From a virus, in IMG/VR virus record IMGVR_UViG_3300037851_000259, positions 1 to 64,000 of that record: a stretch of DNA of 64,000 nucleotides; one strand, 5' to 3'. The position numbers and the translations under genes were made by a program. The notes beneath the pieces were generated by a model. It saw nothing but the letters and a program-made list of their open reading frames with translations, was not told the DNA's origin and did not search any database. Position 1 is the stretch's first letter. The number at the start of each line of letters is the position of its first letter. Positions 51,522 to 61,130 of the stretch are shown in pieces.

Positions 51522-53006
51522 ATGCGCAAAAAGACAATAGAAGAGGTTAAAACTCTCATAGAAGAAAAGATTCCAGGGATTCTTCTTATAGAAGATTCAT
51601 ACAAGGGAATTGGAGAGCTATGTGACTTCATACATCCTGAATACGGTCCTTGGAGGACTAGGGTGTCAAAGATATTGGCAGGCCAAGGACCAAGGGCTGG
51701 ACATGCTGATAAGGTCAAGAAAACCATTCAAGAGAAATATGGTGTTGACTGTCTAATGGATGTTCCTGGCGCTAAGGATAAGGCCAAAGACACATTCCGT
51801 AATAAGTATGGCGTAGACAACCCATTACTTCTTAAAGAGATACAAGATAGGTGCAAAAAGACTCTCATAGAGAGATATGGAGTAAATCATCCATTAAAGA
51901 ATCAGGAGATACGGGAACGTCAGGCTAAGTCTGTTCAGGAGTATTTCGATAACAATATGGATTCTTTCAGGGAAAAGAGTAGGCAGACTTGCTTAGAGAG
52001 GTATGGAGTTGATAATGCCGCGCAAAGCGCAGAAACGAAGCTGAAGATAAAAAGTACACTAATTAAGAGATATGGTGTGGACCATCCAATGAAGTGTGAT
52101 GAGTTCAAGAAGAAAGCTTTTGACAGTAAGGTCGAACGTGGATTGGATAAAAGGTCTGGCGAAGAACTTGAGGTAGTTGAGTATCTAAAGTCGCTAGGCG
52201 TCGATGATTTGGAACACGCTTATGTTAATGGAGTTGAGGTGGATGTTTTCTCACACTCCAGAAGAATTGGTATTGAGTACAACGGATTGTATTCTCATAG
52301 CGAAAATGCTGGAAAAGCATATGGATATCATCTCAACAAGACTGTTAAGTGTATGGAAAGACAGATACGTCTCATTCATATATGGGATTACCAGTGGAAT
52401 AACAGAAATCAACAGACAAAGAACTTTCTGAAAGCAGCTTTTGGTATATGTGACCGAAGGTATGGAGCCAGGGTCTGTGACTTCAGAGAAATAGACAAGG
52501 TGACCTCAGATGCGTTTCTTGAATCAACACACATCCAAGGTGCTTGCTTCACTTCTTCTTACAGGGTTGGCATCTTCTTTGGAGAGGAGCTGATATCCGT
52601 AGCCTCCTTTGGTCCCCACCCTAGAGACAGAAGTTCCGTTACACTGGACAGATTTTCATGCTTAGATGGTGTTCATGTGCATGGAGCTATGTCTAAGGTG
52701 TCTAAGATGGCTTCTCAGTTCTTTAAGAAGGATATGCTGACTTGGGCTCATAGGACCTTGTCTGAGGGTGACGGATATCTGAAATCTGGATGGATTAAAG
52801 AGGCTGTGTTACAGCCAGATTATTTCTACGCTAAGAGGACTGGTGGGGTATGGGAGATGGTGACTAAACAGTCTAGGCGTAAGTCTTGCGTCAATACTCC
52901 AGAAGGTATGACAGAAAGAGAACATTCAATCCAGGATGGCTTATTACGTATCTGGGATTGTGGAAAGATAAGATTTCGATTTCCTTATATCTCCCCGTCA
53001 CACTAA
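51522..53006 (+). CDS. Free-standing homing-endonuclease-like protein (repeated KYGV modules plus nuclease-like core), paralog of 59196..60704
   Basis: - Five or more (K/R)YGV(D/N)xP repeats.
- GIEYNGLYSHSE...IHIWDYQW core.
- C-terminal RIWDCGKIRF.
- ATG at 51522 after AAGGAG.
- Putative promoter TTGACA (51468-51473)-N18-TATGCT. Confidence 0.5.
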   Translation: MRKKTIEEVKTLIEEKIPGILLIEDSYKGIGELCDFIHPEYGPWRTRVSKILAGQGPRAGHADKVKKTIQEKYGVDCLMDVPGAKDKAKDTFRNKYGVDNPLLLKEIQDRCKKTLIERYGVNHPLKNQEIRERQAKSVQEYFDNNMDSFREKSRQTCLERYGVDNAAQSAETKLKIKSTLIKRYGVDHPMKCDEFKKKAFDSKVERGLDKRSGEELEVVEYLKSLGVDDLEHAYVNGVEVDVFSHSRRIGIEYNGLYSHSENAGKAYGYHLNKTVKCMERQIRLIHIWDYQWNNRNQQTKNFLKAAFGICDRRYGARVCDFREIDKVTSDAFLESTHIQGACFTSSYRVGIFFGEELISVASFGPHPRDRSSVTLDRFSCLDGVHVHGAMSKVSKMASQFFKKDMLTWAHRTLSEGDGYLKSGWIKEAVLQPDYFYAKRTGGVWEMVTKQSRRKSCVNTPEGMTEREHSIQDGLLRIWDCGKIRFRFPYISPSH

Positions 53007-53072
53007 TTTCACACAATTGGCACACGTCTCTCAAGATAATTACCCTTAGTCACTCACAGCTAAGGAGATCCC

Positions 53073-53510
53073 ATGTTCAAGGCCCTCTCCCTCGTCCTGC
53101 TGCTAGTTGCTCCAGTCGTTTCCTGCGCCTCTGACGCGGATTACAATGACCCCTCCATCACTCCAGGTTCCTACTGTTCCTCCTCCGACCCATCTTTCAA
53201 AGAGTACAGATACGAAGACCGCATTCCTATCTGTTACCGGGCAGTCTCTAGTAGAAGGAAGTATGAAGCTCTTAAGAGATATGGCATCCCGGCCTCTGAA
53301 AGGAGCAAGTACACCATAGACCACTGCATTGCTCTTGTTCTTGGGGGCAGCAACGAAGACGATAATCTGTGGCCACAGCCCAAAAACTCTAAGGTCGCAC
53401 AAGAGAAGTACGACTTTGAGTTTTCAATGTATCAGAAGCTACTGGCTGGAGAAGTGGACTACGACGAGGTGATCAGAGAGTACCGAGAGAGGTTTTGCCT
53501 CAAACACTGA
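53073..53510 (+). CDS. Secreted or lipoprotein HNH nuclease
   Basis: Signal peptide MFKALSLVLLLVAPVVSC with a lipobox-like VVSC. HNH core YTIDHCIALVLGGSNEDDNLWPQP. Confidence 0.65.
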   Translation: MFKALSLVLLLVAPVVSCASDADYNDPSITPGSYCSSSDPSFKEYRYEDRIPICYRAVSSRRKYEALKRYGIPASERSKYTIDHCIALVLGGSNEDDNLWPQPKNSKVAQEKYDFEFSMYQKLLAGEVDYDEVIREYRERFCLKH

Positions 53511-53513
53511 TAC

Positions 53514-54854
53514 CTACAGTGCTTTGTGGAATCGGTCCACCCACTCCAGATCATATCCATGATGCTTCACGAATTTATCTAAATTCCCAGGTTCTGTTAA
53601 CCATCCAAAATGATTTGACCGCAACACTTGCTTAGCGAATCTTTCTGGATTGGCGTGAGGGTAATTGGAAAGAGTTTTGAAACTCTTATGGTTTGCATAA
53701 GAGCGGTCTTCTGCTGGAGTCTGCCCTTGCTGTGGGATTTCTGTTTGTGTCGGCTGTTCTGTCAATTTGAAGTTCTTGATGTCGCTGCTAAGAGGCAATG
53801 TGACTTTCTTTGGTTCCCGAGCAGGGGTGACCGCCTCTTTTGGCTGACTCTGACGAGCTGCATATTCTTCGTTGGCCTTCTGTCTATCTACCAATGCCTG
53901 TATTTCTTCAGGCGTTGGTTCCTTAATGACAGGCGTCTCTGACTGAGCGACTGCTTGCTTAGACTCAACTGATTTAGTAGGTTTTTGAGGAGCAGCCACC
54001 TCTTTTGGTTTCGGCTTGGGCGTCGCTACTGGAGCTGTAGGCTTGTTAAGAGACGCATTGACTCTAGCCATGTGACGCTCTTCTCTTGCCTCAGGACTGT
54101 CATCTTCAGTTGACTTGCGCCTCACTCTTGGCTTGGGCTCTTTGTAGTCTTTGTCTGCTCTTAGACCTGACGTTTCTGTTTGAGTCTTGACTGGGTCCAC
54201 TGCTTCAACAGGAAACAGTTTGTCTGCGTGACCCTTAATCTTAGAAGATATCTGAGTCATCAATTCCACATACTTGTCTGGTTCTTCTTCAGATAAATTC
54301 TCAAGCTCATCTTTGTGTTTTTTGAAGTAATGCTCGCGAGAAGCTTGCTCATATAGGCTGCGACCATATACTTTGTCAGGATGAGCCAAGGCAGACTGTA
54401 CCTTTTCATGGTACGAGGTAACTGGAGTAGCTTGCTGAACAGGCGGAGGCGTCTGAGGAGTAGCCTGAGGCTCTTGCTTTGACTGATTAGTCCCAAACAG
54501 GTTTGGGTTCTTTTGATGATGCTGGTCTAGGGTTGTTGCAAGCTGCCCACGGATACTGGCTTCAGAAAACTTCTTGCCATATCTCTGAAACAACTCTCTT
54601 GCTCCATTGGCAAGAGTCATCCTTCTTACTTCGTCGGCAGGAAGACCTTGTTTGATGTAGTGCTGACGCATGTAGTCAATAAGGTCAGCATTAGATATCT
54701 TCTGCAACGCTTCTCGACTCATGGGGGCTATGTCTTTGGGCAAAAACCCAAGCTTAACGCCTTCAGCTTTAGCTTCTTGAGCCCTCTTTGTGCTATCTGC
54801 CTGATTCTTAATAGGGTTGGCTACCCTTGGCCTTGCCTTAATCAGCTGTTCCAT
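53514..54854 (-). CDS. Hypothetical protein with long low-complexity Pro/Lys/Thr-rich centre
   Basis: 446-aa ORF. Similar in style to the 688-aa protein at 26306..28372. Confidence 0.55.
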   Translation of the reverse strand: MEQLIKARPRVANPIKNQADSTKRAQEAKAEGVKLGFLPKDIAPMSREALQKISNADLIDYMRQHYIKQGLPADEVRRMTLANGARELFQRYGKKFSEASIRGQLATTLDQHHQKNPNLFGTNQSKQEPQATPQTPPPVQQATPVTSYHEKVQSALAHPDKVYGRSLYEQASREHYFKKHKDELENLSEEEPDKYVELMTQISSKIKGHADKLFPVEAVDPVKTQTETSGLRADKDYKEPKPRVRRKSTEDDSPEAREERHMARVNASLNKPTAPVATPKPKPKEVAAPQKPTKSVESKQAVAQSETPVIKEPTPEEIQALVDRQKANEEYAARQSQPKEAVTPAREPKKVTLPLSSDIKNFKLTEQPTQTEIPQQGQTPAEDRSYANHKSFKTLSNYPHANPERFAKQVLRSNHFGWLTEPGNLDKFVKHHGYDLEWVDRFHKAL

Positions 54855-54857
54855 CTC

Positions 54858-55694
54858 TCACATCCCCGCAAAGCTCATATGTATTCTTTGACCGTAATAA
54901 GATTGTACGGTGTTCATGCCCCTCTTAATGCGGTCAGCCAGTGCTGCCAGCATGGAATCAAGAAGCCTTGGACCAGGATACTGAGCACTCTGAGAGAGGT
55001 TATCTATTCCAACGCTCATTCCTTGCATTGGGAACAGTAGAGGTCCAATGCCAGTAAGGATGTTGTACGCGGTCATATCAATGATGAGCTTCCATACATT
55101 GTATGGAAGCTTGTCAGCTTCGAACCCGGCTTGCCAAGTGACGAGGTAAGCATTGGGACGATAGTTGGTGTTGGTCCAAAGAGCCAGAGGAGTGTTGTAC
55201 TGAGTTCCTGTCATCTGTGGAAGAAGAGGACCAGTGGATGCAATGACGTTGACCTTGCACTTATCCCAAGAAATCCAATGCTTTGGAACGGCATACCTCA
55301 GCATGCGCTGCTCAGGAGCAAGAGTTGCATGAGGAAAGATGAACTCTACAGATTCAACGTCCAAGACGGGATACTTGTTCACTTGTATTGGGAAGAAGTT
55401 TTGAATAAGCATTCCATCATGGAAGTCTTCTTGCTTGGTGAAAATAACAGGACTAATAGTCAGCCCTGTCATTTCAATGTCTGCAATGGTGGCAGCCAGC
55501 ACATCCATCACGAACTCTTCTGTTATAGGCTCGCCTGTCAGCGGGAACCTCTTAGGTACACCAAGGAGCCCAACCCTGAACACGTCAGCAGGTGTTGGAT
55601 ATGTCTTGAATCTAAGAAAGCCAGCTTCAATTTCAAGGTTAGTTGAACTGGCAGTTTCTACCCTGTCTGGATACGGTGTGTGCAAGTTGCTCAT
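54858..55694 (-). CDS. Hypothetical protein (possibly structural)
   Basis: 278-aa ORF, tightly coupled to its neighbours. Confidence 0.55.
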   Translation of the reverse strand: MSNLHTPYPDRVETASSTNLEIEAGFLRFKTYPTPADVFRVGLLGVPKRFPLTGEPITEEFVMDVLAATIADIEMTGLTISPVIFTKQEDFHDGMLIQNFFPIQVNKYPVLDVESVEFIFPHATLAPEQRMLRYAVPKHWISWDKCKVNVIASTGPLLPQMTGTQYNTPLALWTNTNYRPNAYLVTWQAGFEADKLPYNVWKLIIDMTAYNILTGIGPLLFPMQGMSVGIDNLSQSAQYPGPRLLDSMLAALADRIKRGMNTVQSYYGQRIHMSFAGM

Positions 55695-55981
55695 TAGATG
55701 GCCCTCTCTACTGCTGCGTCATTTCCTTCTCTGGAAAGCATGGGGTTGCTCTTCAGATGTAACGGTCGGTTCAGCTGTTTGCGTTCTATGGATTGTGCCT
55801 GGTTGACGTTGGGCCTTGTTACATTCTTTCGGCTACTAGCATGGACAGTGCCTGCCTTCTGCTTGTAAAGCCTGTCTTCTACGGCAGCTTGGACACTGCT
55901 TTTGTGGAGTGTTTGGGATTTAATCAGTTCTATGAGATCCAGGATGTTTTGCATGGCTAAAGCCTCCTCAGCTTTAGCCAT
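55694..55981 (-). CDS. Hypothetical protein
   Basis: 95-aa ORF with a 1-nt overlap with the downstream gene. Confidence 0.45.
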   Translation of the reverse strand: MAKAEEALAMQNILDLIELIKSQTLHKSSVQAAVEDRLYKQKAGTVHASSRKNVTRPNVNQAQSIERKQLNRPLHLKSNPMLSREGNDAAVERAI

Positions 55982-55986
55982 TATCG

Positions 55987-56523
55987 CTAGAAGCGATAAG
56001 CATTCATGGTCAGACCTTCTGGTTTGTGAGCGTATTCCTTGAACAGGTGCTTGACGTAGGGGGCCATCAGCTCCTGTTCATGCTGATGACGGTTTGGTTC
56101 TTTCCAGTACACATACTCTGCACCTGCTGTTGCCAGAGCTTTCACACAGTCCAGACAAGGCTGTAGAGAGCAGTAGACCCCCCAGCCCACATACAGACCA
56201 AGCTTGAGGTCTGGCAGGCTATTTATCCCGTCTATCAGACTTATCTCTGCATGGCGCATAAGCAGCTTCTTTGCTGGATGTGTGGGGTCGTTCAGTATCT
56301 CTTTGTAATTTGGAATGTTCATCACACGGTTATCAATGATCTCGTTTACACCGACTGCAAGAACCGTGGCTCCAAGAAATCCTATAGCGACAACCTGCTT
56401 ACAGGGGTCACCGCTTAGAGGTTTGTGTTCTTCGATGATGTCATCTGTGTGCAAAGTTTCTGGCATTTGCGTACTGACCTCCGAAATCAAACATTCTTCT
56501 GGCGTTATCTCTACATTCACCAC
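55987..56523 (-). CDS. dCMP deaminase (CMP/dCMP zinc-binding deaminase family)
   Basis: HAEISLI (zinc ligand His, catalytic Glu) and SLQPCLDCVKAL (PCxxC). The start is uncertain, as the ORF overlaps the upstream gene by 83 nt. Confidence 0.75.
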   Translation of the reverse strand: MVNVEITPEECLISEVSTQMPETLHTDDIIEEHKPLSGDPCKQVVAIGFLGATVLAVGVNEIIDNRVMNIPNYKEILNDPTHPAKKLLMRHAEISLIDGINSLPDLKLGLYVGWGVYCSLQPCLDCVKALATAGAEYVYWKEPNRHQHEQELMAPYVKHLFKEYAHKPEGLTMNAYRF

Positions 56524-56917
56524 ATCTTCTCAACCCGTTGTTGCTGATGAATGTGGCATTGCAGTTAAGACACGTTCTGACTTTCGACTTCTCGAAACGA
56601 CCCATCTTCTGGACATACCTGTCTTCGCCATAGGTGTCTTCTGTCTTTCTTGTATCCCAACCTGCCCTAACAATGGCTCTGGCTTTCTCTAAGTCCTGAA
56701 GAAACTCCTGGCCGGTTTTGTATGTCTTGTGAAGATGCTCAAGCATACGGCTACAAGCTTCTTTGCGGTCGCTCTTGCCCTTGAACTCATTTCGAGGTAT
56801 GCCTGTCACTTCACAGAACATCCCAATCGTAACCACTACATCGTGAAATGCCACGATGTAGGTTTCTGTGGGCTTCCTGTGGGGTTCATTCGTCGCCACC
56901 TTCAACATCCTCCCCAA
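56441..56917 (-). CDS. Hypothetical protein with C-terminal zinc ribbon
   Basis: CLNCNATF...RRCGECR. Confidence 0.45.
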   Translation of the reverse strand: MGRMLKVATNEPHRKPTETYIVAFHDVVVTIGMFCEVTGIPRNEFKGKSDRKEACSRMLEHLHKTYKTGQEFLQDLEKARAIVRAGWDTRKTEDTYGEDRYVQKMGRFEKSKVRTCLNCNATFISNNGLRRCGECRDNARRMFDFGGQYANARNFAHR

Positions 56918-57260
56918 TGTCTACTCTTCCATGCTTATGAAGGATGGACAGAGCTACTCTTTTCTTGGTTTCCTGCCACTTCACGGCATCTCCAAAAGCT
57001 TCTCTCAGAGGCTTCAGTATTTCTTGGGCTCGTTGAAACTCTGGATTGGCTTCCAGCTCTTTCTTTGCCCTCATTACATTGGCTGACGTTTCTGTGACAA
57101 CTTTTTCCAATTCTTCTGGAGTCTTGTTCTTGAGAATCTTCAACTCCTCCATCGAGTAGAGCTTTACAAACTTCTGTTCCAACTCACTAAGGTTTCCATA
57201 AATCTTGTTTCTCTTTCTCATAGGCAACGCCTCCATGCGTTTATGTGGATTACTGCCCAA
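56886..57260 (-). CDS. Hypothetical helical protein
   Basis: 124-aa ORF, the first gene of the minus block, facing a divergent intergenic region. Confidence 0.45.
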   Translation of the reverse strand: MGSNPHKRMEALPMRKRNKIYGNLSELEQKFVKLYSMEELKILKNKTPEELEKVVTETSANVMRAKKELEANPEFQRAQEILKPLREAFGDAVKWQETKKRVALSILHKHGRVDIGEDVEGGDE

Positions 57261-57369
57261 AGCTTACCCCAACTGGTAAAATTAGACAAATGTACAGGTC
57301 TATCTCTTTCGTGCCTAACGGCTATAAAATGAATGAAGTCTTATGAACTCTTAATCTGAGGAACTTCTA

Positions 57370-57726
57370 ATGTCTAGCATTTTTAGTGCTCCAAACAAAC
57401 TCCGCTCAACCTACTACGAAGCAGGGTTTGCTACCGTCTCTGGCAAGAATCTTGCAAACGCCCATCTGCTGGCAGTTCTTCGTGTAGAGACGACCCTGTT
57501 CTCTATTTACAACGGGTGCAACACCGACCTCTATGTGGCTCTGGTGAACCCTAAGGATGAGACACAAACCAAGTTGGCATGGACCGTACTTGAACAAGGT
57601 CAGTCATTCAACTTGGACGCCATGGGTGGCCGAATGCTCACGTTCCCTGCTGAAACCAAGATTTACATCCACACCAACGGTGTGGCTGCTGCTTCTGGTA
57701 AAGTCAGGGCACTGATTTGGGGCTAA
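57370..57726 (+). CDS. Hypothetical small beta-rich protein
   Basis: 118 aa, GAGGAA SD. Confidence 0.5.
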   Translation: MSSIFSAPNKLRSTYYEAGFATVSGKNLANAHLLAVLRVETTLFSIYNGCNTDLYVALVNPKDETQTKLAWTVLEQGQSFNLDAMGGRMLTFPAETKIYIHTNGVAAASGKVRALIWG

Positions 57727-57757
57727 TCTCCCCTCTTAATGTATGAGGGCGTGAGAC

Positions 57758-58153
57758 GTGGCAACAGGCTGGTACAGTAAAACCATCATAGACCAGATTC
57801 GTATCGGAAATCCAGATCCGGTCGATCCGTCTATTGTTGGTGCAGCATTTGGCGAAGAAGAAATCCCAGCTAATGCCGAGACCGACATCATAGTAGTCAC
57901 TGTTCCAGTTGACAGATACTATGTCCTTCTTGGTGGCTCTGGGTCTTCTGGAACGGATACTATTTTTAGACTGTACGTCAATGGAGACATCAAAGAAATA
58001 ATGAGGAACGCCTGGACTGAGAGAAATGTCCAATTCCACGCAGCTGGAGACTTTGCGGCTGGCTCTATCATTAAGATAACCGCACAGCATCATTCCACTA
58101 TTCCTCATTTCGTTAATGCTTCCTTGTACGGAACTCTATACAGCAACCCATAG
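57758..58153 (+). CDS. Hypothetical small beta-rich protein
   Basis: 131 aa, GTG start. Confidence 0.45.
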   Translation: MATGWYSKTIIDQIRIGNPDPVDPSIVGAAFGEEEIPANAETDIIVVTVPVDRYYVLLGGSGSSGTDTIFRLYVNGDIKEIMRNAWTERNVQFHAAGDFAAGSIIKITAQHHSTIPHFVNASLYGTLYSNP

Positions 58154-58162
58154 GAGTAACAC

Positions 58163-58360
58163 ATGTCTACCAAGGCTCTGATTGAAGAGAAGAAACTATA
58201 TCTGCGCATTTCTAAAGCAAATGCTGCAAAGGATGAACTCGAACTCCAGATAATGGAGCGAGAAGTAGAAATCCAAAGAATCAAGGACCATTTGCTTCTG
58301 CAAGATAAGGTGATTGCCGAGGCAACCAAAGAACTAGAATCTTTCAAGAACCAGAATTAA
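58163..58360 (+). CDS. Hypothetical coiled-coil protein
   Basis: 65 aa with heptad-like charged sequence. TAGGAG SD. Confidence 0.45.
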   Translation: MSTKALIEEKKLYLRISKANAAKDELELQIMEREVEIQRIKDHLLLQDKVIAEATKELESFKNQN

Positions 58361-58373
58361 GGAGGGCTCTTAG

Positions 58374-59129
58374 ATGGCCGATTTTGACTCAGCACTACCA
58401 GTACGCAGTCCACAAGACGCAGACCAACGCCTCTTGACCAAGATTGTTGACTATACGACCCCTACCCAGGGAACCACAGTCGATGCTCAAGGCAATCTTC
58501 ATGCCGAGGTCCATGGCAATAATCCTTCAGGTGGAGACGAAGTCCTTCTCCTTAGTGAGCTTGGCGCTCCTAATCCTGATGGCGTTTATCATGCCACGGA
58601 TAACTCCAAGCCTGCTCACGTTGGCAATATCGCCCATACGCGAAACGCCACCCCTGACAACACTCACCTCGTTAAGCGCATCACTGCCATCACCAACGAC
58701 ACAGTGTGTGCGATGGACGTGTCCCTCCATGACGAGAACGGTGCGGCTTACTCTCAGTCCAACCCTATTCCTGTGTTCGTGTCCAGTTCTACTGGCGGAA
58801 CCGGAGTGATGGACTATAAGACGGATGCCGCTGTCGCTGCTAACGCCTCCGTTACGCATTCGTACACGCCAACCGCTGCTTCTACATTCACCCTTCAGAA
58901 GATTTCTGCTTCTGCCTCTGGTCGTATGAAGGTTGAGATTGCTTATGGTGTGACTGCTTCTGAAGCAACTGTGCTGGTGTTCTTCACCTCTACAGCCAAT
59001 CCCAATATCGTGTATGAGTTCTCTTATCCCCAGGATTTGACGGATGCTGACACAGTGATTGTGACTCTGACGAACCTCGACAAGCAAGCCATGGACGTGT
59101 ATTCAACCATCGAAGGCGTTGAAAACTAA
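58374..59129 (+). CDS. Hypothetical protein (possibly structural)
   Basis: 251 aa, AAGGAGGG SD, Thr/Ala/Val-rich C-terminal domain. Confidence 0.55.
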   Translation: MADFDSALPVRSPQDADQRLLTKIVDYTTPTQGTTVDAQGNLHAEVHGNNPSGGDEVLLLSELGAPNPDGVYHATDNSKPAHVGNIAHTRNATPDNTHLVKRITAITNDTVCAMDVSLHDENGAAYSQSNPIPVFVSSSTGGTGVMDYKTDAAVAANASVTHSYTPTAASTFTLQKISASASGRMKVEIAYGVTASEATVLVFFTSTANPNIVYEFSYPQDLTDADTVIVTLTNLDKQAMDVYSTIEGVEN

Positions 59130-59141
59130 TACTCTAAAGTA

Positions 59142-59178
59142 TTGAACTTCTTTACCTGTTAAATTACAATATTGTAAT
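59142..59178 (+). promoter_or_regulatory. Sigma-70-like promoter TTGAAC-N17-TACAAT overlapped by a 16-bp perfect palindrome
   Basis: TTGAAC at 59142-59147 and TACAAT at 59165-59170. The palindrome ATTACAATATTGTAAT at 59163-59178 covers the -10 element. Confidence 0.6.
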
Positions 59179-59195
59179 CGGGAGGTAAAGAAGTT

Positions 59196-60704
59196 ATGCC
59201 TGCTCCAAAAGTTTTTCCTGGTGATAAGTATCATTATTGGACAGTAATTGAGTACGACAAAACAAGTAGAAAATTTCTATGTCAGTGCGTGTGCGGAAAG
59301 TCAAGGTTAATTCAAGGCTATTGCTTAACCGCTGAAACCAGTAAATCGTGTGGGTGCCAGAAGAAAGAGCTTTTCAAAGAATCGTGTATCAAGAAATACG
59401 GCGTTGAGAACCTATCTCAGTCACAAGAAATAAAAGACAAAAAAGCCAATACTTGCTTGGAAAAGTACGGGGTTTCGACTCACTTACAGACAGAAGAACA
59501 AAAACTTCATAGGTTTGGACCTCCAAAACCTCCTCCACCAGTTTTAACAGAAGAAGAGAAGATAGCTAAGGAGGAGTTGCGCAGGTCTAGGATAAGAGCC
59601 TCTTCTAAAGTTGCCATCAAAAAACGTAAGCGCAGATGTTTAGAAGAACATGGCGTAGACTGTCACGCGAAGTTGCAATGGGTCAAAGATAAGAGGGAGG
59701 CGTCTTTTATAAGAAAGTATGGAGGCTTTCCTCTTTCTGATGAATCTATAAGGGGCAAGGCAAAAGACACTGTGAAGCAGAAATATGGAGTTGACCATCC
59801 ATGGAAAATACCTGGTTCTATTTCCAAGGGTCTTGAGACTAAATTCAAGAAATACAAAAGAACAAGGTTTTGCTCCAATGGTGAAGCTGAGATTGCAGCG
59901 TATGTAGAATCTCTTGGATTCAAGACCACCAAGAAAGGGTCTAAGAGTGGAGAGATAGACATATACATCCCTGATTTGAATTTAGGAATTGAATACAATG
60001 GCGGCTATTGGCATTCAGAAACAAGGGGAAAGGGACGTTCTTACCATTTGGATAAACTGAATCTTGCAAATTCTCAGGGCATAGATTTGTTGCATATTTG
60101 GGATTTCTGGTGGTTAAGAAGAAAAGAGCAAGTGAAGAATTTGCTTCACTCTAAGCTTGGTTTGAGCAATCGGGTGTATGCTCGTAAGTGCAGTTTCCTG
60201 TCAATAACTTCGGAAGAAGCAGTTGACTTTGTTAACAAAAATCACATACAGGAACTTAAGTCCAAGCCGATTCTGTCTTTGGGGGCTTTTTATGAAGGAG
60301 GGCTGGTATCTGTGGCGACCTTCTCTAGACACCACCGTGGCCTTGATGAAATTTGTCTCAACCGATTTTGTTCTTCTTACGGTGTAACCGTTGTGGGCGG
60401 TTTATCTAAGTTTTCTAAGATGGCAAGCGTTCATTTTCAAAAGGAAATAGTGTCTTGGGCAGACAGATGTATTTCCAATGCTAGAGGCTACCTCTCTTCT
60501 GGATGGAAGGTGGTCAGCATACTGCCTCCTGATTATTTCTATGTAGACGGACAAGTAAAAATGTATCCAAAGCAATCTAGACAGAAGTCCATAGTAAAGA
60601 CGCCTGAAGGAATGACTGAATATGAACATGCTTTGAAGGATGGTTTATTTCGAGTATGGGATTGTGGAAAGATAAAGTTAATCTCCCCAGCGTGTTTCTT
60701 ATAG
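59196..60704 (+). CDS. Free-standing homing-endonuclease-like protein, paralog of 51522..53006
   Basis: KYGVENL, KYGVSTH and KYGVDHP repeats. GIEYNGGYWHSE...LHIWDFWW core. C-terminal RVWDCGKIKL. N-terminal CQCVCG...CGC zinc-finger-like segment. Confidence 0.5.
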   Translation: MPAPKVFPGDKYHYWTVIEYDKTSRKFLCQCVCGKSRLIQGYCLTAETSKSCGCQKKELFKESCIKKYGVENLSQSQEIKDKKANTCLEKYGVSTHLQTEEQKLHRFGPPKPPPPVLTEEEKIAKEELRRSRIRASSKVAIKKRKRRCLEEHGVDCHAKLQWVKDKREASFIRKYGGFPLSDESIRGKAKDTVKQKYGVDHPWKIPGSISKGLETKFKKYKRTRFCSNGEAEIAAYVESLGFKTTKKGSKSGEIDIYIPDLNLGIEYNGGYWHSETRGKGRSYHLDKLNLANSQGIDLLHIWDFWWLRRKEQVKNLLHSKLGLSNRVYARKCSFLSITSEEAVDFVNKNHIQELKSKPILSLGAFYEGGLVSVATFSRHHRGLDEICLNRFCSSYGVTVVGGLSKFSKMASVHFQKEIVSWADRCISNARGYLSSGWKVVSILPPDYFYVDGQVKMYPKQSRQKSIVKTPEGMTEYEHALKDGLFRVWDCGKIKLISPACFL

Positions 60705-60713
60705 TGGTACAAG

Positions 60714-61076
60714 TTATCCGTAAATCTCTCTTAAGGTTTCGTAATATGCTTTTCTGGTATTAGCTATGCGTTTTGCTTGTCTCAAATCGGTGGCCTTATC
60801 TATATATTCAAAAATGATGGTCTCACCTTCTTCCTTAATGTATTTCTCTTCTACCTCCTCCAAAGGACAATCGTCAGGTCTTAGGCTCGGCAGAGTCTTG
60901 GCTAGAACGTATGGACTCTTCTTTGGAGTTACGCTCCTGTCATAGTCCAGCCCACTCTTCGTTATGTAGCATTCATAGTCTGGACCTGAATCACAGCAGG
61001 TTTGGTACATAAATAGACACCCATCACAGTGGTTCTTGTCTTCTAGTTCTATTGTGGTTTCGTATGTAAACTTCAT
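60714..61076 (-). CDS. Hypothetical Cys-rich protein
   Basis: ATG at 61076 after AAGGAG. Contains CDGC...CCDSGPDYEC. Confidence 0.45.
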   Translation of the reverse strand: MKFTYETTIELEDKNHCDGCLFMYQTCCDSGPDYECYITKSGLDYDRSVTPKKSPYVLAKTLPSLRPDDCPLEEVEEKYIKEEGETIIFEYIDKATDLRQAKRIANTRKAYYETLREIYG

Positions 61077-61130
61077 GCTATCTCCTTGGTTAATAGCCAA
61101 GTGTAGCATGAACAAGATGAATAGACTAGG

